Origin: Staphylococcus phage LY01
Strand: one strand, 5' to 3'
DNA: 64,000 bases
Sequence record: OR836606.1
Shown here: one piece after another, positions 1 to 11,300 of the stretch
How the letters are laid out: each line of letters opens with the position of its first letter
How positions within the stretch are numbered: the stretch's first letter is position 1
Translations under genes and position numbers: made by a program
The notes under the pieces: generated by a model
The model's database searches: none
What the model saw: the letters and a program-made list of their open reading frames with translations, nothing else
What the model was told of the DNA's origin: nothing

Positions 1-249
1 AACAGTTGGATTAACTAGGTATTCTTCTGTAAACTCTTTATTCATATCTCTAAAAGGTTTACCTAATACTAATAGAGTGAAATAATTACTTTTAGAAATA
101 TTGTCTTCAAAATAGTCTTGCATTCTTCCTTGAGGATTACCAATAATATCTTTCTTTAAATCTTCTAAGATATTAAAGTAATTATCTGAATGTAAATAAT
201 CATTGTACTTACCTAATTTTAAGTCTAAAACAATTTCTTCATTTGTCAT
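1..249 (-). CDS. hypothetical protein, N-terminal ~83 aa only (MTNEEIVLDLKLGKYNDYLHSDNYF...); gene continues off the left edge of the window
   Basis: ATG at 249..247 on minus strand with open frame running to position 1; not in ORF track because truncated. Confidence 0.3.
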   Translation of the reverse strand, partial: MTNEEIVLDLKLGKYNDYLHSDNYFNILEDLKKDIIGNPQGRMQDYFEDNISKSNYFTLLVLGKPFRDMNKEFTEEYLVNPTV

Positions 250-349
250 ACCTAATTCATTCTCCTTGTAAATAAATATTTTATACTACATTTATATAAT
301 ATAAATTTGAATAACGAATTGTATTTAATCCGTTATTCAAATGTCAATA

Positions 350-2800
350 TTAGAAATCGTCCTCAAGATTATCTTCAGAATTGTCTGAAGAAGATAAATT
401 ATCTTCATCGCTATTGCTATTTACCATTTCATTTCTTTTTTTATCTTTATTTATTTCATCTTTAATGTTATTAATAATATTTTCGTATCTATCATAATCT
501 AAATTAGACATGAATTCTTGTTGAACTAATTCTTTACGAAATAGACGTTTTAGTTTTTCGTTATCATCTTCTTCTTCATCACCGGAAGCTTCTGAAGTAT
601 ATAAAGGAACTAAAAAGTCTACCATTTGTGTAACAGCTCCAACTTCTTCATTAAGATTTCCTAAATTTAAGAATACTGGTGCTGGGAAGTATGCTTCAAT
701 TTCTTGTAGTTTATTATTTAATTCCTCATTATATTTTTTATCTTTACTATTTACATTTTCTAAATAATAAAGCTTTCTTAGTACATCAGTATAGAATTTA
801 CCAAAAGATTTTTGATAATTAACTACACGTCTGACAAAGTTATTATTTTGCATTGATAATGAGCGAGCATAATCAGTTTCATTTTCAGCATCAATATAGT
901 TTAAAGGAACTCCTGTACCTGATATAACTGATTTTTTAAGCCATTCTAAAAATTCATCATTAATATCAACTTGAATACCAGAAATTGTATCTATTTCTAA
1001 AGGAGAAGTTCCTTCTTTATTTTGAGGGATGTACATATTCTCTAAGTTACCTACTTGATTAAATAATGTTTGAACTGAAGTTCCATCACCAAATAATCCT
1101 GTAGACATTTCGTTCTGTCTCACATTACGGATTATTTCTTCTACAGTTCCTTCATAATCATCATCTAAACCTGCATTAACTCTAAATACACGTCTATCTC
1201 TTGATTGATTTAATTTAACCATCATTGTAGTTATTAAAGTACTTAAATATAATTTAGCAAAGAATAATGATTTACTAAGTTTAGAGACTCCATAAGTTTT
1301 TTGACTATCTAATTTATGATGAAATACTTCATCCGCTTCTAAGAAAGTCATTTTAATACCATTTTCAATAATATAATTCTTACGGATTAATCTATATATA
1401 ATATCTTTAAATGAATCATTTTTATTAATAAAATCCATATTGATTTTTTGAGAAATACCTTTAACTATAACATCAACTAATCCTTGATATGCCATAACAG
1501 TGTTTCCATTTTCATAATATGAACCAGAGGTAGCATTCATTCCTGAATTAGGATTTTTAGAATTGCTAGACATGTTATTTCCTGCAACACCGCCAGTAAC
1601 AGGATCCAGATTAGTAATTCCCATGCCTCCTGAAAAAGATCCTGTTTGACCTTGTTTCTGATATCCGTCTCCCATTAAATTATTCATAGCGGACAATAAA
1701 GGATTACTACCTCCTCTTAAATCAGTTCCAGAATCAGGTTCAATATAAATATATCCAATGCACATACCATCAATTTCTAATTTAATCATATCTTCAGGTT
1801 CCACAGCTCTAAAATATATTGAGCCAGACTTTAATTTATTAGATTTATTTTTATTATTTGCTTTATTTAGAAATGTTTGTAAGTCATTAGATCCTTTGTA
1901 TTTACCTATATCCGAAAGTAATTCAGAAGAATTTTCAAAAAATATTACATTTTCATTAATGCTCTTTAATATTTCATTTTTAAAATTAGCTCTTTGTTCA
2001 TTTAATTGCTCTTCATCTTTAATGGGTTTCTCAAATTGATTATTAAATTCATTAATTATAATATCTAAATCAGATTCTTTAAGATTCTGATCGATAAATG
2101 ATTCATTAATTACTTTTTGATTCTCTTGTGTTTCTCTTCCTAATACATCATCATTTTCATTAAGAATTTCTTCAAAATCAGATTTAGTATCTTTAATAAT
2201 ATAGAATACGTCACCTAATAATAAACCTTCACGAATAGAAGTATAAGTTAAATCATCCAAATTATATTTCTTTACAATCCTATCTAATTCATTTAAAACT
2301 TCTTTATTTTCTGATTCATTTTTATTATTTGTGTCTCCATAACGATACATCAATGATAATTTAGAAGTATCGTCAGGTGCAATAATAGAAGTAGCGAATA
2401 CATCAATACTTGTTGATATTTCAGGTATAAATTTATCTATAATTCTGTAGTCATCATATCTAGAAACTCTAGCAATTTCAGATGAAAAGTCTTGATTTTC
2501 AATATTATTTTCTATGAAATCTTTAATGAAATCTTTTTTATCGTCACCCGTATTAGATTTTCTAAAATTTCTATTCTTACCGTTCACTTTAGATGCTAAA
2601 GATAAGATATCTCCATTACTATTACCATGATTACTTTTACGTCTTATCTTTTTTAATCTATCATCAAAATCAGGTATATTATCAGATAAATTCTTAGGAT
2701 TTTCTTCATCTCCTAATCCTCTGACCATATCCTTATTGATATTATTTATATTTCTCTGAGTTTTATTCTCATCAGCCAAATTTAAAACACTCCTTTTCAA
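350..2800 (-). CDS. large acidic hypothetical protein (816 aa), possibly virion/portal-like; Ser/Asp/Glu-rich C-terminus
   Basis: Long uninterrupted minus-strand ORF. Likely true start is TTG GCT at ~2770 preceded by AAAGGAG; the same TTGGCT start context is used by the two giant virion genes. No catalytic motif recognised. Confidence 0.5.
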   Translation of the reverse strand: MKRSVLNLADENKTQRNINNINKDMVRGLGDEENPKNLSDNIPDFDDRLKKIRRKSNHGNSNGDILSLASKVNGKNRNFRKSNTGDDKKDFIKDFIENNIENQDFSSEIARVSRYDDYRIIDKFIPEISTSIDVFATSIIAPDDTSKLSLMYRYGDTNNKNESENKEVLNELDRIVKKYNLDDLTYTSIREGLLLGDVFYIIKDTKSDFEEILNENDDVLGRETQENQKVINESFIDQNLKESDLDIIINEFNNQFEKPIKDEEQLNEQRANFKNEILKSINENVIFFENSSELLSDIGKYKGSNDLQTFLNKANNKNKSNKLKSGSIYFRAVEPEDMIKLEIDGMCIGYIYIEPDSGTDLRGGSNPLLSAMNNLMGDGYQKQGQTGSFSGGMGITNLDPVTGGVAGNNMSSNSKNPNSGMNATSGSYYENGNTVMAYQGLVDVIVKGISQKINMDFINKNDSFKDIIYRLIRKNYIIENGIKMTFLEADEVFHHKLDSQKTYGVSKLSKSLFFAKLYLSTLITTMMVKLNQSRDRRVFRVNAGLDDDYEGTVEEIIRNVRQNEMSTGLFGDGTSVQTLFNQVGNLENMYIPQNKEGTSPLEIDTISGIQVDINDEFLEWLKKSVISGTGVPLNYIDAENETDYARSLSMQNNNFVRRVVNYQKSFGKFYTDVLRKLYYLENVNSKDKKYNEELNNKLQEIEAYFPAPVFLNLGNLNEEVGAVTQMVDFLVPLYTSEASGDEEEDDNEKLKRLFRKELVQQEFMSNLDYDRYENIINNIKDEINKDKKRNEMVNSNSDEDNLSSSDNSEDNLEDDF

Positions 2801-2843
2801 TAAATTTTAGAATTTTCTCTTAATTTATAAGTATTTTTTCACA

Positions 2844-3626
2844 TTATATATTATAAATTAAAGTCTTCAGTTTTGCAACAAATTTATCCTGATAAATTGA
2901 AAATTTTAACATAATCAATTCACTATATACATCTGTTTCTGGGGCATAGATATCTATTTTAACTAAAGGACAAATTATTTTATCTTTAGACTTTTTATAT
3001 TTTAACCCTAATAAATACTTTTTAGAAGTTCTAAAATCAATAAGGTAGTCTTTTTCATTATAAATATAATAAGGGTCCTTAACAATAACTTTGTCTTTGG
3101 TAAATATAAATTTAAAGAACTCGGAAGGTTTCCTTTCTTTAATATCTAATAAACTATCATTATCTAATTTAAAATTTAGACTTGGTTTAAAAGAACTAAA
3201 ATAATTAATAGCTTCTAATGAATAATTTAATTCTTCATCTAATCTATCTTCATCAAATTCATCATTATTAATAATAGTTTCTAAATCAGATTCTCTAGTT
3301 ATTTTAATACCACTATTATCAATTTCATTAAAAAATTCAACTTTAATAATTTTATCCCCTTTATTCTTTCTTACTTCAATAAAATCTTCTACATTAAAAA
3401 TGCAATTTTCAACAGGTAAAAGATAATCATAAATTGGATTATCTTCTATAATTTCTACTTCGACTGCATTGGGATTGTCATCTGATTTAGAATAATTTTT
3501 TATAATGTTTTTATTTAAACTAATATACTTACTTCCATCAACAATATTATTGAATAACTTAGATATCTCTTCAAAAGTCATTACTAATTTATTTACTATT
3601 TTTGATTCTTCAATAATAATGGACAT
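2844..3626 (-). CDS. hypothetical acidic protein (260 aa), translationally coupled to the upstream polB-N gene
   Basis: ATG overlaps stop of upstream gene (TAATG at 3626); no recognisable motifs; contains no polB motifs B/C. Confidence 0.5.
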   Translation of the reverse strand: MSIIIEESKIVNKLVMTFEEISKLFNNIVDGSKYISLNKNIIKNYSKSDDNPNAVEVEIIEDNPIYDYLLPVENCIFNVEDFIEVRKNKGDKIIKVEFFNEIDNSGIKITRESDLETIINNDEFDEDRLDEELNYSLEAINYFSSFKPSLNFKLDNDSLLDIKERKPSEFFKFIFTKDKVIVKDPYYIYNEKDYLIDFRTSKKYLLGLKYKKSKDKIICPLVKIDIYAPETDVYSELIMLKFSIYQDKFVAKLKTLIYNI

Positions 3627-5642
3627 TAACCAATTTCCCCCTCTAATTCTTTAATGATATCATCAGAAGCTTCAATAAGAGAAGGTAAACCATGAAACTC
3701 TTGAGCAAAAGCAACACTGTCTTGACTATTAAATTTACTTACGAATTCAGTATTAAAATCATAATTATCTTTATCTTGCTCATATTTAGGTACCGTTATT
3801 CTATCTTTATCAAGAATATTCATCTTACCTACATGTCCTTCAGGTGTTATATTAAATGCTCTAATAATAGATGGATATAGAGAACTTAAGTCAAAGTCAC
3901 AAACATTACTAAATAATCTATTAGATCTAATATCTTTACCTTTAACCAATACGTCTCCATTACGTTCGATTAACATCATATCAGCTACAAATCCGCCACG
4001 AATTTTATCAGCATTAGGATCCGATAATAATTTTGAATGATTATTGCTTAATACATATCCTTGATTTTCAAAGAATACTGAACTACGATTTCTTAAACAA
4101 ATAGTTTTCTTAAGTGCTTTACTAGGTCTTGTTCTAGTCATGTCTACAATAGAGAATAATAGATCAAACATATTAGTGTTATGTTCAATCAATGCAGCTA
4201 ATACAGTATCCTTAATATTATAAAGAATAAATGTATAGTAATCTCTAAAATGTAAATCAGAGATAGAACCTTCATATACATCTTTAGTAACTCCTGCTTC
4301 TTTTTCTCCAATATCATTTAACTTAACTGATTCCAAAGCACCATTGGGCTTATTAATATTTGCATATAACGCTAATTGGTCAATCCAATTAGTATAAGAA
4401 TTAGTCTCAAATGTAGAAGATCTATTAGCCATATCAGTAGCATTTTTATCTAATTTATAATATGCTTTTTTATCTTCAAATTCTTTAGAACAGAAATAAT
4501 CTGCAGGATTTTCTCCATTAGCTCTAATACGTTCAAATATTGCAGGAAAGTCATAATCTAGCTTTTATATTTATTAAATATAAAATAGACTATATCATAC
4601 TCATTAATATGAGTGAATATATTTAGTCGTTGAACAACTCTTATTAAGTTGATGCTGATCATTCTAAAAAGAACGTTCCAGCAATTAATATTCTTTTAAT
4701 GGAACCTATTATCAATTCCATGCAGTACATATGTCAGGCTTACTAATTTCATTAATATAATATAAGAAAGATTTAATTACTTGCATTTCTGTATCTAATT
4801 CATATATCTCAAATTCTAAACCTAAATTTTTACCAATTTCACTATTTTCATTATTATAAATTTCATTTAAGTTTTTAATTAATTTATCTTGATCTTCCAT
4901 AGTTTCTTTATAAGTGTCAGTGTCATATTTAAGAGCAAATGTTAATACTTTTTTCTTACTCCAATCCACTACAGTTATAATATTTATCTCTGCCTCAGCT
5001 TTAAGCGGGTCCGGGACAATTTGTATTAAAAGTAATACAAATTAGACTATATCTTCTTAGTAATATATTTAGTCGTTGAACATTAAATTTTTAATGATGC
5101 TGATTATCTTAATAAAGAATTTCCAGCAATTAATATTATTTTATCTGAGCTACCTTTAACCCAGTTACTTGAGATCCATCAACCTCAATATCGAATAGAC
5201 ATATATCTATACCAACTTTACTGTCTAAATTCTTTTTAATATACTCATTGATATTATAATCTTCTATATTTATATCAGAACCATGAGCATTATTTAATAA
5301 ATGGAAATCTTTTAGTTTTCTATATTCTTGCCAATTACCTGACTTCATAATTCTATCGTATTCTGCTTTATCTTGAGAATTACCAGCTTCTTTAACTACT
5401 GATTTGATAATATCTTTATGCTTACAAATAACAGTTCTTACTTTATCTTTTTCAATAGAACCTACAATTTTATTAGGAGGTAACCAATGTTCATCTTTAG
5501 TTACATAATAATGCATCATAGGATCTGTTATTTCCATATGTTTTTTAGTACCATCCTCTTCTTTAACTACCATTACTACTTTTTCTTTACCAGAAGCAGT
5601 TTCTTTTTTATTTAAATATGTTGATTTAATGAATCTTCCCAT
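3626..5642 (-). CDS. family B DNA polymerase, N-terminal half (3'-5' exonuclease plus palm motif A); three exons approx 5159..5642, 4715..5016, 3626..4561 interrupted by two miniature group I introns
   Basis: Exo I LFDIEV; then F-PDPLKAEAEINIITVVD matching T4 gp43 FPDPMKAEYDIDAITHYD; Exo II region AWN|LDYDFPAIFERI collinear with T4 GWNVESFDIPYVYNRI; motif A DFDLSSLYPSII. Frames are interrupted exactly at the two intron elements. Confidence 0.8.
4562..4714 (-). ncRNA. miniature group I intron (~153 nt) in polB-N, between Exo II codons ...AWN and LDYDF...
   Basis: mRNA sense: 5' exon AUGGAAU pairs with IGS GGUUCCAU (terminal U-G), P UAUUAAUUGCUGG, Q AAUCAGCAUC, P6 hairpin, R UGUUCAACGACUAAAUAU, P8 hairpin, S GAUAUAGUCU, then A-rich tail ending AUAUAAAAG| (omega-G). 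Stop codons at both intron ends; flanking exons in same phase. Confidence 0.75.
5017..5158 (-). ncRNA. miniature group I intron (~142 nt) in polB-N, between Exo I (FDIEV...TG) and F-PDP
   Basis: P1: exon CUGGGU pairs IGS GCUCAG with terminal U-G; same P/Q/R/S core as the other copies; phase-1 junction regenerates UUC (Phe) before PDP as in T4 (KF-PDP); proposed 3' end ...CAAAUUG|. Confidence 0.65.
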
Positions 5643-5724
5643 TTATCAATTCCACTCCTTAATTCAAATGTTACTTTGATAATTTAAACGTTATCTAGAA
5701 TTTGTAAAAAATTAAAATATAAAT

Positions 5725-5754
5725 TGCCAAACATTCTAATTTAAGAATGTTTGG
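5725..5754 (-). terminator. rho-independent terminator hairpin (gccaaacattct aattt aagaatgtttggc) followed by U-run on minus strand
   Basis: Perfect 12 bp inverted repeat plus T-rich tract in the minus-strand direction. Confidence 0.5.
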
Positions 5755-5761
5755 CTTATTA

Positions 5762-5917
5762 AATTAAATAAACAATGGTTCTTCCATAAAAGAATCCTCA
5801 GCAGTATCAACTTCATCTTGTTTATAAATTGTCTTATTTAAAAATAATTTAGTGGCTATTGTTGAAGATATAAATAATATAATTGATATAAAAATGATTA
5901 ATAATTTCTTTTTATTC
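5762..5917 (-). CDS. small predicted membrane protein (~51 aa, MNKKKLLIIFISIILFISSTIATKLF...)
   Basis: Short ORF with N-terminal hydrophobic helix, below the ORF-track length cutoff; terminator immediately downstream. Confidence 0.3.
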
Positions 5918-5958
5918 ATAGAATTTCATCTCTCCTCTAGATATAAAATAAAGTCTTT

Positions 5959-6156
5959 TTAGAAAAATGTATTTTTAACATTTAGCATTTCAATTCGTTT
6001 ATTAACGATATTAATATCCTTTTGAATTTCTTCTAATTTATCTTTATCAGGGCCATTAGTATGATGTGCTCCATTATTTAATATAATTTGGTAGTGTAAT
6101 TTATTAAATCTTTGAACTAATTTCATTTCATCTAATTTGTTTGTTTTATTTAACAT
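5959..6156 (-). CDS. hypothetical small protein (65 aa)
   Basis: ORF track; tightly spaced upstream of SbcC-like gene cluster. Confidence 0.35.
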   Translation of the reverse strand: MLNKTNKLDEMKLVQRFNKLHYQIILNNGAHHTNGPDKDKLEEIQKDINIVNKRIEMLNVKNTFF

Positions 6157-6171
6157 ATTATCATCTTATCC

Positions 6172-8907
6172 TTAATTTACTTTAAATAATACATTTTTGC
6201 CTTGCATCATTTCTTTATCATTAATGTCAATTTTACTTTCATAACCTTTAAGTAAAATTAAATCAATATCAGCGCTATAGAATTCATCGTTATGACTAAT
6301 TAAAAATACCTGTTCAAGACCCATTAACTCAATTTGCCTGTCTATCACATCAACAAATCTTCTTCGGTTATGAGAATCTAATGTACTATCCATTTCATCT
6401 AAGTAAAGAATATTATAATCTTGAGAAACTTTATTTAATAATGATAATGATAAGCTAATATTAGTTAAAGCTGTTTCTCCTTGGGAAGCTTCTTTAATAT
6501 CTTTAAGCTCAGTTCCATTACCTTTATATACATTGATAAAGAAATCTTTATCTGTCAAATCAAAATCAATTTTAAATGAATTATTATAAGCTACTGAAAG
6601 TAATTCATTAGTACTTACTGCAATATCTTTAAGATAGTTAGTAATGAATATTAATGGTATAGAGTCTTTCTTAGGATTTAATGAATCTACCACCATATTA
6701 TATTTCCATAATACTGATTCAATTTCATCAATCTTAGTAATAATAGAATTAACTGCAAAATATTTTTCTTTAGTGGATTCTAAATCATTTTTCTTCATAG
6801 TTAAATTATCTTTAATAGATTGAATCTTATTATCTGCTTTCTGATTAAGTTCATACAAATTGCTTAGTTTTGAAAGATCTTTATCAATATCATTAACTAT
6901 ATCATTTTTATCTTTAATTTTTGATTTAATTTCTTCAGATTTCTCTGTTAAATTAATAAATTCATTAATAATATTTAAGTTAGTGATTGCTTTTTCTTTA
7001 CGACCATTAAGGTAATTAAGATTCTCAGAAATTTCATTATTTTTATTTTTAATTTCTTCAATTTGTTTAATTAAATCTTCTTTATCTTCTTTATATTGAT
7101 CTAATATTTTCTTATTAGAATAATCTTCTTTAAGAGCATTTTCTTTTCTTTCTAATTCAATAGTCAATTTATCTCTATTAGTTTCATTAGTACGAATTTC
7201 ATTTGTCTTTTCAATTAATGAATTAAGACTATTTAGTTCACTAGAGAATGTATTGCCATTAGTAAATATTTCTTCAATACTATCAATATTAATTATTTCA
7301 AACCCAATATATTTAATTAAACTATTTCTACTAGTAAGTATATCATTGAATTTACGTGATAAGTCAATATGATTAGATAATAGTTTATTATCTTTTTCTA
7401 ATTCTTGATTATTTTTATAAAGTTGATTACCTTTATTTTCTAATTCAGAAATTGAATCAAATTCATTATCTTTAAAATCAGCTACTAAAGGAACAAATAC
7501 ACATTCATTATAGTGTTCATGATCTTTTTGTTCCAATATTTTTAATAAGTCTGATTTACCTTTAATTTGATTAAGCTTAGTATTAATTTCATTAAATTCA
7601 TTCTGGTTCATAGAAATTTTTTCATTATTACCTTTAATTTCTCTTTCAAAATCTCCATGAATAGAATTATATTTGAATTCATTATCATTAATGAATTCTT
7701 TAAAGTTATTTATTTTAGAAATTAAATCATTTACATATAATCTTAATGAATCTTCTTTAATATTATCTTTAATCTGTAATCCGAATTCACTTACAAAAGA
7801 CCCTCTAGAAATATCTACATCCTCTTTAATACCTTCTAAATCTTCTTTATACCCTTCAAGAATTGAATCAATTTCATCAGAAGCATCATAATCTTCATTA
7901 AACTTAATAGCATTCATACGAGATTCTATTTTAGATTTTCTACTAATTAAATCATCTAATTTATCTTGATTATTTTCTTTATCTTTTTCAACAGAAGTTA
8001 ACTCGTTATTAGTGTTATTTAATATAGTATCTATTTTATCTTTTTTATCATTAGCAGATTCAATAGTATATTTATTTAAATTCTCATTATCTTCTTTTAA
8101 TTTTCTTTCTTTTTCTAATTTTTGATTAAGTTCATTAATTTCATTAATTAATTGATTTTTATATTCAGTTGGATGAATCTCTTTGTATTTATCTTCCATA
8201 ATAGAGTTCATCTTAGTTTCATGAGTTGTTTTATCTTTATTAGCTTCATCAAGTTCATCCTGTAATTGATCAATTAAAGTTTCTAAATTCTCTTTTTCTT
8301 TTTTAATTTCATCAAATTCTTTATATTTATCTAAATCAAATCTAAGTGATTTTAAATCTTTAGTAATAACTCTTAATTTCTCATTAGCTACTTTATAAGC
8401 TTCTAAGTATCTATCAATGTTAGGTACAAATTTATTAATATATGATTTACGATCACCTGTAGTATAATCGATAAAGTTTGATACATTATCGCCTAAACGT
8501 CCTACAGTAAAGTATTCTTTAGATACACCTAATTCTTTATCTACTATTTCATTAAATAATTTAATGCCACCATTTTCATTGAGTTCTTCACCATTCTTCT
8601 TAATGAATGATTTATTTTGAGAACTATTTTTTCCATAGTGATGTTTAATTTCATAAAGATCATTATCTTTAATATAATCAATTTCTTTTAATCCTTTTTC
8701 ATTTTCTATGATAATATCTCTTCTTTGGTCATTAGATTCTCTATAAGGACTTAATTGAGAGAGTATGACAGTTTTTGAGCTTCCATTATCTCCAAGAAGC
8801 ATTATCATATTATTTTTACTTTTACTAAAATCAATTTCAACTTCTTTTAATCCCATACCAGCATAAATGCCGATAAAATTCTTTAACTTTAATCTTTTAA
8901 TCTTCAT
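6172..8907 (-). CDS. SbcC/Rad50-like recombination ATPase (T4 gp46 analogue)
   Basis: N-terminal Walker A LLGDNGSSKT, very long coiled-coil middle, C-terminal signature SQGETALT and Walker B/D-loop LYLDEMDSTLD ... FLISHN. Confidence 0.8.
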   Translation of the reverse strand: MKIKRLKLKNFIGIYAGMGLKEVEIDFSKSKNNMIMLLGDNGSSKTVILSQLSPYRESNDQRRDIIIENEKGLKEIDYIKDNDLYEIKHHYGKNSSQNKSFIKKNGEELNENGGIKLFNEIVDKELGVSKEYFTVGRLGDNVSNFIDYTTGDRKSYINKFVPNIDRYLEAYKVANEKLRVITKDLKSLRFDLDKYKEFDEIKKEKENLETLIDQLQDELDEANKDKTTHETKMNSIMEDKYKEIHPTEYKNQLINEINELNQKLEKERKLKEDNENLNKYTIESANDKKDKIDTILNNTNNELTSVEKDKENNQDKLDDLISRKSKIESRMNAIKFNEDYDASDEIDSILEGYKEDLEGIKEDVDISRGSFVSEFGLQIKDNIKEDSLRLYVNDLISKINNFKEFINDNEFKYNSIHGDFEREIKGNNEKISMNQNEFNEINTKLNQIKGKSDLLKILEQKDHEHYNECVFVPLVADFKDNEFDSISELENKGNQLYKNNQELEKDNKLLSNHIDLSRKFNDILTSRNSLIKYIGFEIINIDSIEEIFTNGNTFSSELNSLNSLIEKTNEIRTNETNRDKLTIELERKENALKEDYSNKKILDQYKEDKEDLIKQIEEIKNKNNEISENLNYLNGRKEKAITNLNIINEFINLTEKSEEIKSKIKDKNDIVNDIDKDLSKLSNLYELNQKADNKIQSIKDNLTMKKNDLESTKEKYFAVNSIITKIDEIESVLWKYNMVVDSLNPKKDSIPLIFITNYLKDIAVSTNELLSVAYNNSFKIDFDLTDKDFFINVYKGNGTELKDIKEASQGETALTNISLSLSLLNKVSQDYNILYLDEMDSTLDSHNRRRFVDVIDRQIELMGLEQVFLISHNDEFYSADIDLILLKGYESKIDINDKEMMQGKNVLFKVN

Positions 8908-8963
8908 TATCCAGTTTCAACTCCTATTGATAAATATATTTCCGTTATTATAAATTTTTAATT

Positions 8964-9764
8964 TTATTTAAAATTATTTTTCACTAAATATTCTCTAACA
9001 AATTTTTCATCGGTAATTTCTTCAAATATATCATCTAAATCATCTTCAAAAATATTTATTTTATAACTATGATGATTATTATTAATAACATCATAATCAT
9101 AAACATTTAGCATATCTAAAAAAGAGGCTTTAGAAAAGAAAAATTCAATATTAAAATGATGTCTTAATGATTTTAATAAAATAAGATAATTATTAAAGAT
9201 ATCTTTAATTAAATTCTTAAAATCATCATGGTGCTTTATATTTTGATCTTGAATTTCATTTAATAATTTTTCAAGATTGTCAACTAATATCATTCGTTTT
9301 ATTTCTATTTCATCTTCTTCGTTTAAAATATCTTTTATAATACTATTAAATAAAATTTTATCAATTTTATTTTTTATAGGTTTGATTGTAAATAGTATTT
9401 TATCATTAACACTATTTTTATCTATACTAAAAATAGATTTAGTAGAATCTCTTTTAAATTTAAAATCTGCAATAGTTATAAGTGTTTCAAATGAATTTTT
9501 ATTATTAACATTGTAAAGAACAGGAGGTAGACATCTTGGTAAAAATTTTAAATTGCCTTTAATTGCATTATCTTCTTTTTTATAATGAACATCTATTGCA
9601 AGAGTTTCATATGAATCTTCTTCAGTCTGATTAATTATTTTTTCAGCTATTATTAAAGGTAAATAGTCATATAAAAATGAACCTCTATTATTCTTATCAA
9701 CTTCAAATAATTCATCATTTATTTTACATAAGAAATATTTTTTATCACTTTTCATTGCACCCAT
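8964..9764 (-). CDS. paralog-family protein A (266 aa) with conserved C-terminal tail FEEITDEKFVREYLVKNNFK
   Basis: N-terminal KKYFLCKINDELFEV and C-terminal HHFNIEFF...NNFK shared with 8 other genes; conserved gene junction TTTAAATAAAGGAG...ATG. Confidence 0.7.
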   Translation of the reverse strand: MGAMKSDKKYFLCKINDELFEVDKNNRGSFLYDYLPLIIAEKIINQTEEDSYETLAIDVHYKKEDNAIKGNLKFLPRCLPPVLYNVNNKNSFETLITIADFKFKRDSTKSIFSIDKNSVNDKILFTIKPIKNKIDKILFNSIIKDILNEEDEIEIKRMILVDNLEKLLNEIQDQNIKHHDDFKNLIKDIFNNYLILLKSLRHHFNIEFFFSKASFLDMLNVYDYDVINNNHHSYKINIFEDDLDDIFEEITDEKFVREYLVKNNFK

Positions 9765-9778
9765 TATATTGATCTCCT

Positions 9779-10558
9779 TTATTTAAAATTATTTTTCACT
9801 AAATATTCTTTAATAACTTTCTCATCTGTAATTTCTTCAAATACTCCAGATATTTTATATTCATCAAACAAATTATAATATTCATCATCTATATCATCAT
9901 TATTTCTTTTATCATTCTCTGGTATGTGCGAGAAACAACTATCTGATACAAAGAATTCTATATCAAAATGTGATCGGATTTGTGATAAAATTTCTAATAT
10001 ATAACTATTTACTTCGGTTAATATTTGGTATAAATCTTTATTATTTTTAAAATTAGTTTCTTTACTATTATTATAATCTGATATTAGATTTTCAGGACTT
10101 TCTATAGGTAAATTAAAAGGTATTTTTAAGATATTATCATTATCTAATATATTACCAATGACATTATTGAAAAATATTGAAGTTACATCTGGATTATATA
10201 TGGGTTCAATTCTAATTTTCAAACAATTTTTATTTTCTATTTTTTCATTGAATATAATATCAAAATCAATATTAAGTATATTTATTCCTTCTTTATTACC
10301 AACCTTATATTCTAAAAATGGAAAAATATTGCCAACTGATATAATTCCTGACCATAAATTATTTCCATTACTATCTTCACCCACAATCTCTTCAGAAAAT
10401 ATATCTATTTCTTCACTTTTTATTTGTAAATTAGGAAGTAAATAAGGTAGATATAAATGATCTTCATTTATACCATATCTAGATAAGTTATTAACTATAA
10501 ATAACTCATCTGTCATTTTACTTAAAAAATATGTTTTATCACTTTTATTTATACTCAT
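9779..10558 (-). CDS. paralog-family protein B (259 aa), tail FEEITDEKVIKEYLVKNNFK
   Basis: Same family; 3'-terminal ~60 nt nearly identical at DNA level to neighbours. Confidence 0.7.
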   Translation of the reverse strand: MSINKSDKTYFLSKMTDELFIVNNLSRYGINEDHLYLPYLLPNLQIKSEEIDIFSEEIVGEDSNGNNLWSGIISVGNIFPFLEYKVGNKEGINILNIDFDIIFNEKIENKNCLKIRIEPIYNPDVTSIFFNNVIGNILDNDNILKIPFNLPIESPENLISDYNNSKETNFKNNKDLYQILTEVNSYILEILSQIRSHFDIEFFVSDSCFSHIPENDKRNNDDIDDEYYNLFDEYKISGVFEEITDEKVIKEYLVKNNFK

Positions 10559-10574
10559 TAAATTGATCCCTCTT

Positions 10575-11279
10575 TTATTTAAAATTATTTTTCACTAAGT
10601 ATTTTTTAATAACTTTTTCATCTTTAATTTCTTCAAATAATCCAGATTCATTAAGTAAAAATTTATAATCAAATATAGAAAATGATGTGTCTTCGTGTTT
10701 TTCCATTTTTGTATATATTCCTGTCATAAAATATGCTAACTCTGATTTCCTAACATTTAATTTTAAATTTCCATAACTCATTAAATCCATAATATAATTT
10801 AAAAGAGTTTTATTAAATTCTTTGACTAGTAATTCTAATCCTTCAAAATTTTCAATAGTGTGCCTTATAGTATCACTTAAGATTAAGTATTTTCCATCTT
10901 CTCTATTTTCTATTTCGTAAATAAAAGATTCTTCTGGAAAATCTTTTTTAAATATTCCTCCATCTAGAATAGAATTAAATTCTAAATTAAAATCTGTTTT
11001 GCAAATTTTTAAATTTCTTACATAATCATTACTTATTATATTAGAATTTTGTTTGATTTTAACTACTTTATCATTAAAAAGAGAATAGGTTAAAGAAAGT
11101 TCAGATCGGTAATTAAGATATCCAGGGTCTTTATTCAAATTCTCATTTTTATTAATATATTTCATACACATTTTAGTAAATATTTCAGTCAATTTATCTA
11201 TACGAAAGTCAGTTCTATCTATATCGAAGTGAAGTATTTCTCCATCTAATTTATATCTATAGTAATTATTATATTCCAT
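10575..11279 (-). CDS. paralog-family protein C (234 aa), tail FEEIKDEKVIKKYLVKNNFK
   Basis: Same family. Confidence 0.7.
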   Translation of the reverse strand: MEYNNYYRYKLDGEILHFDIDRTDFRIDKLTEIFTKMCMKYINKNENLNKDPGYLNYRSELSLTYSLFNDKVVKIKQNSNIISNDYVRNLKICKTDFNLEFNSILDGGIFKKDFPEESFIYEIENREDGKYLILSDTIRHTIENFEGLELLVKEFNKTLLNYIMDLMSYGNLKLNVRKSELAYFMTGIYTKMEKHEDTSFSIFDYKFLLNESGLFEEIKDEKVIKKYLVKNNFK

Positions 11280-11300
11280 TATGAAAATCCTTTCTTTATA

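Noticed and set aside
2844-3626. ORF directly downstream of polB-N as the missing motif B/C part of the polymerase
   Set aside because: It has no K...NS.YG or DTDS motif. Motifs B, C and KKxY are found instead in the 21051-25234 locus.
5017-5158. Programmed translational bypassing (T4 gene 60-like hop) over the 142-150 nt gaps, suggested by stop codons right after the upstream exon and a GAU GGA context
   Set aside because: No matching take-off/landing codon pair. The gaps are three times longer than known hops. The group I core plus IGS pairing explains all copies uniformly.
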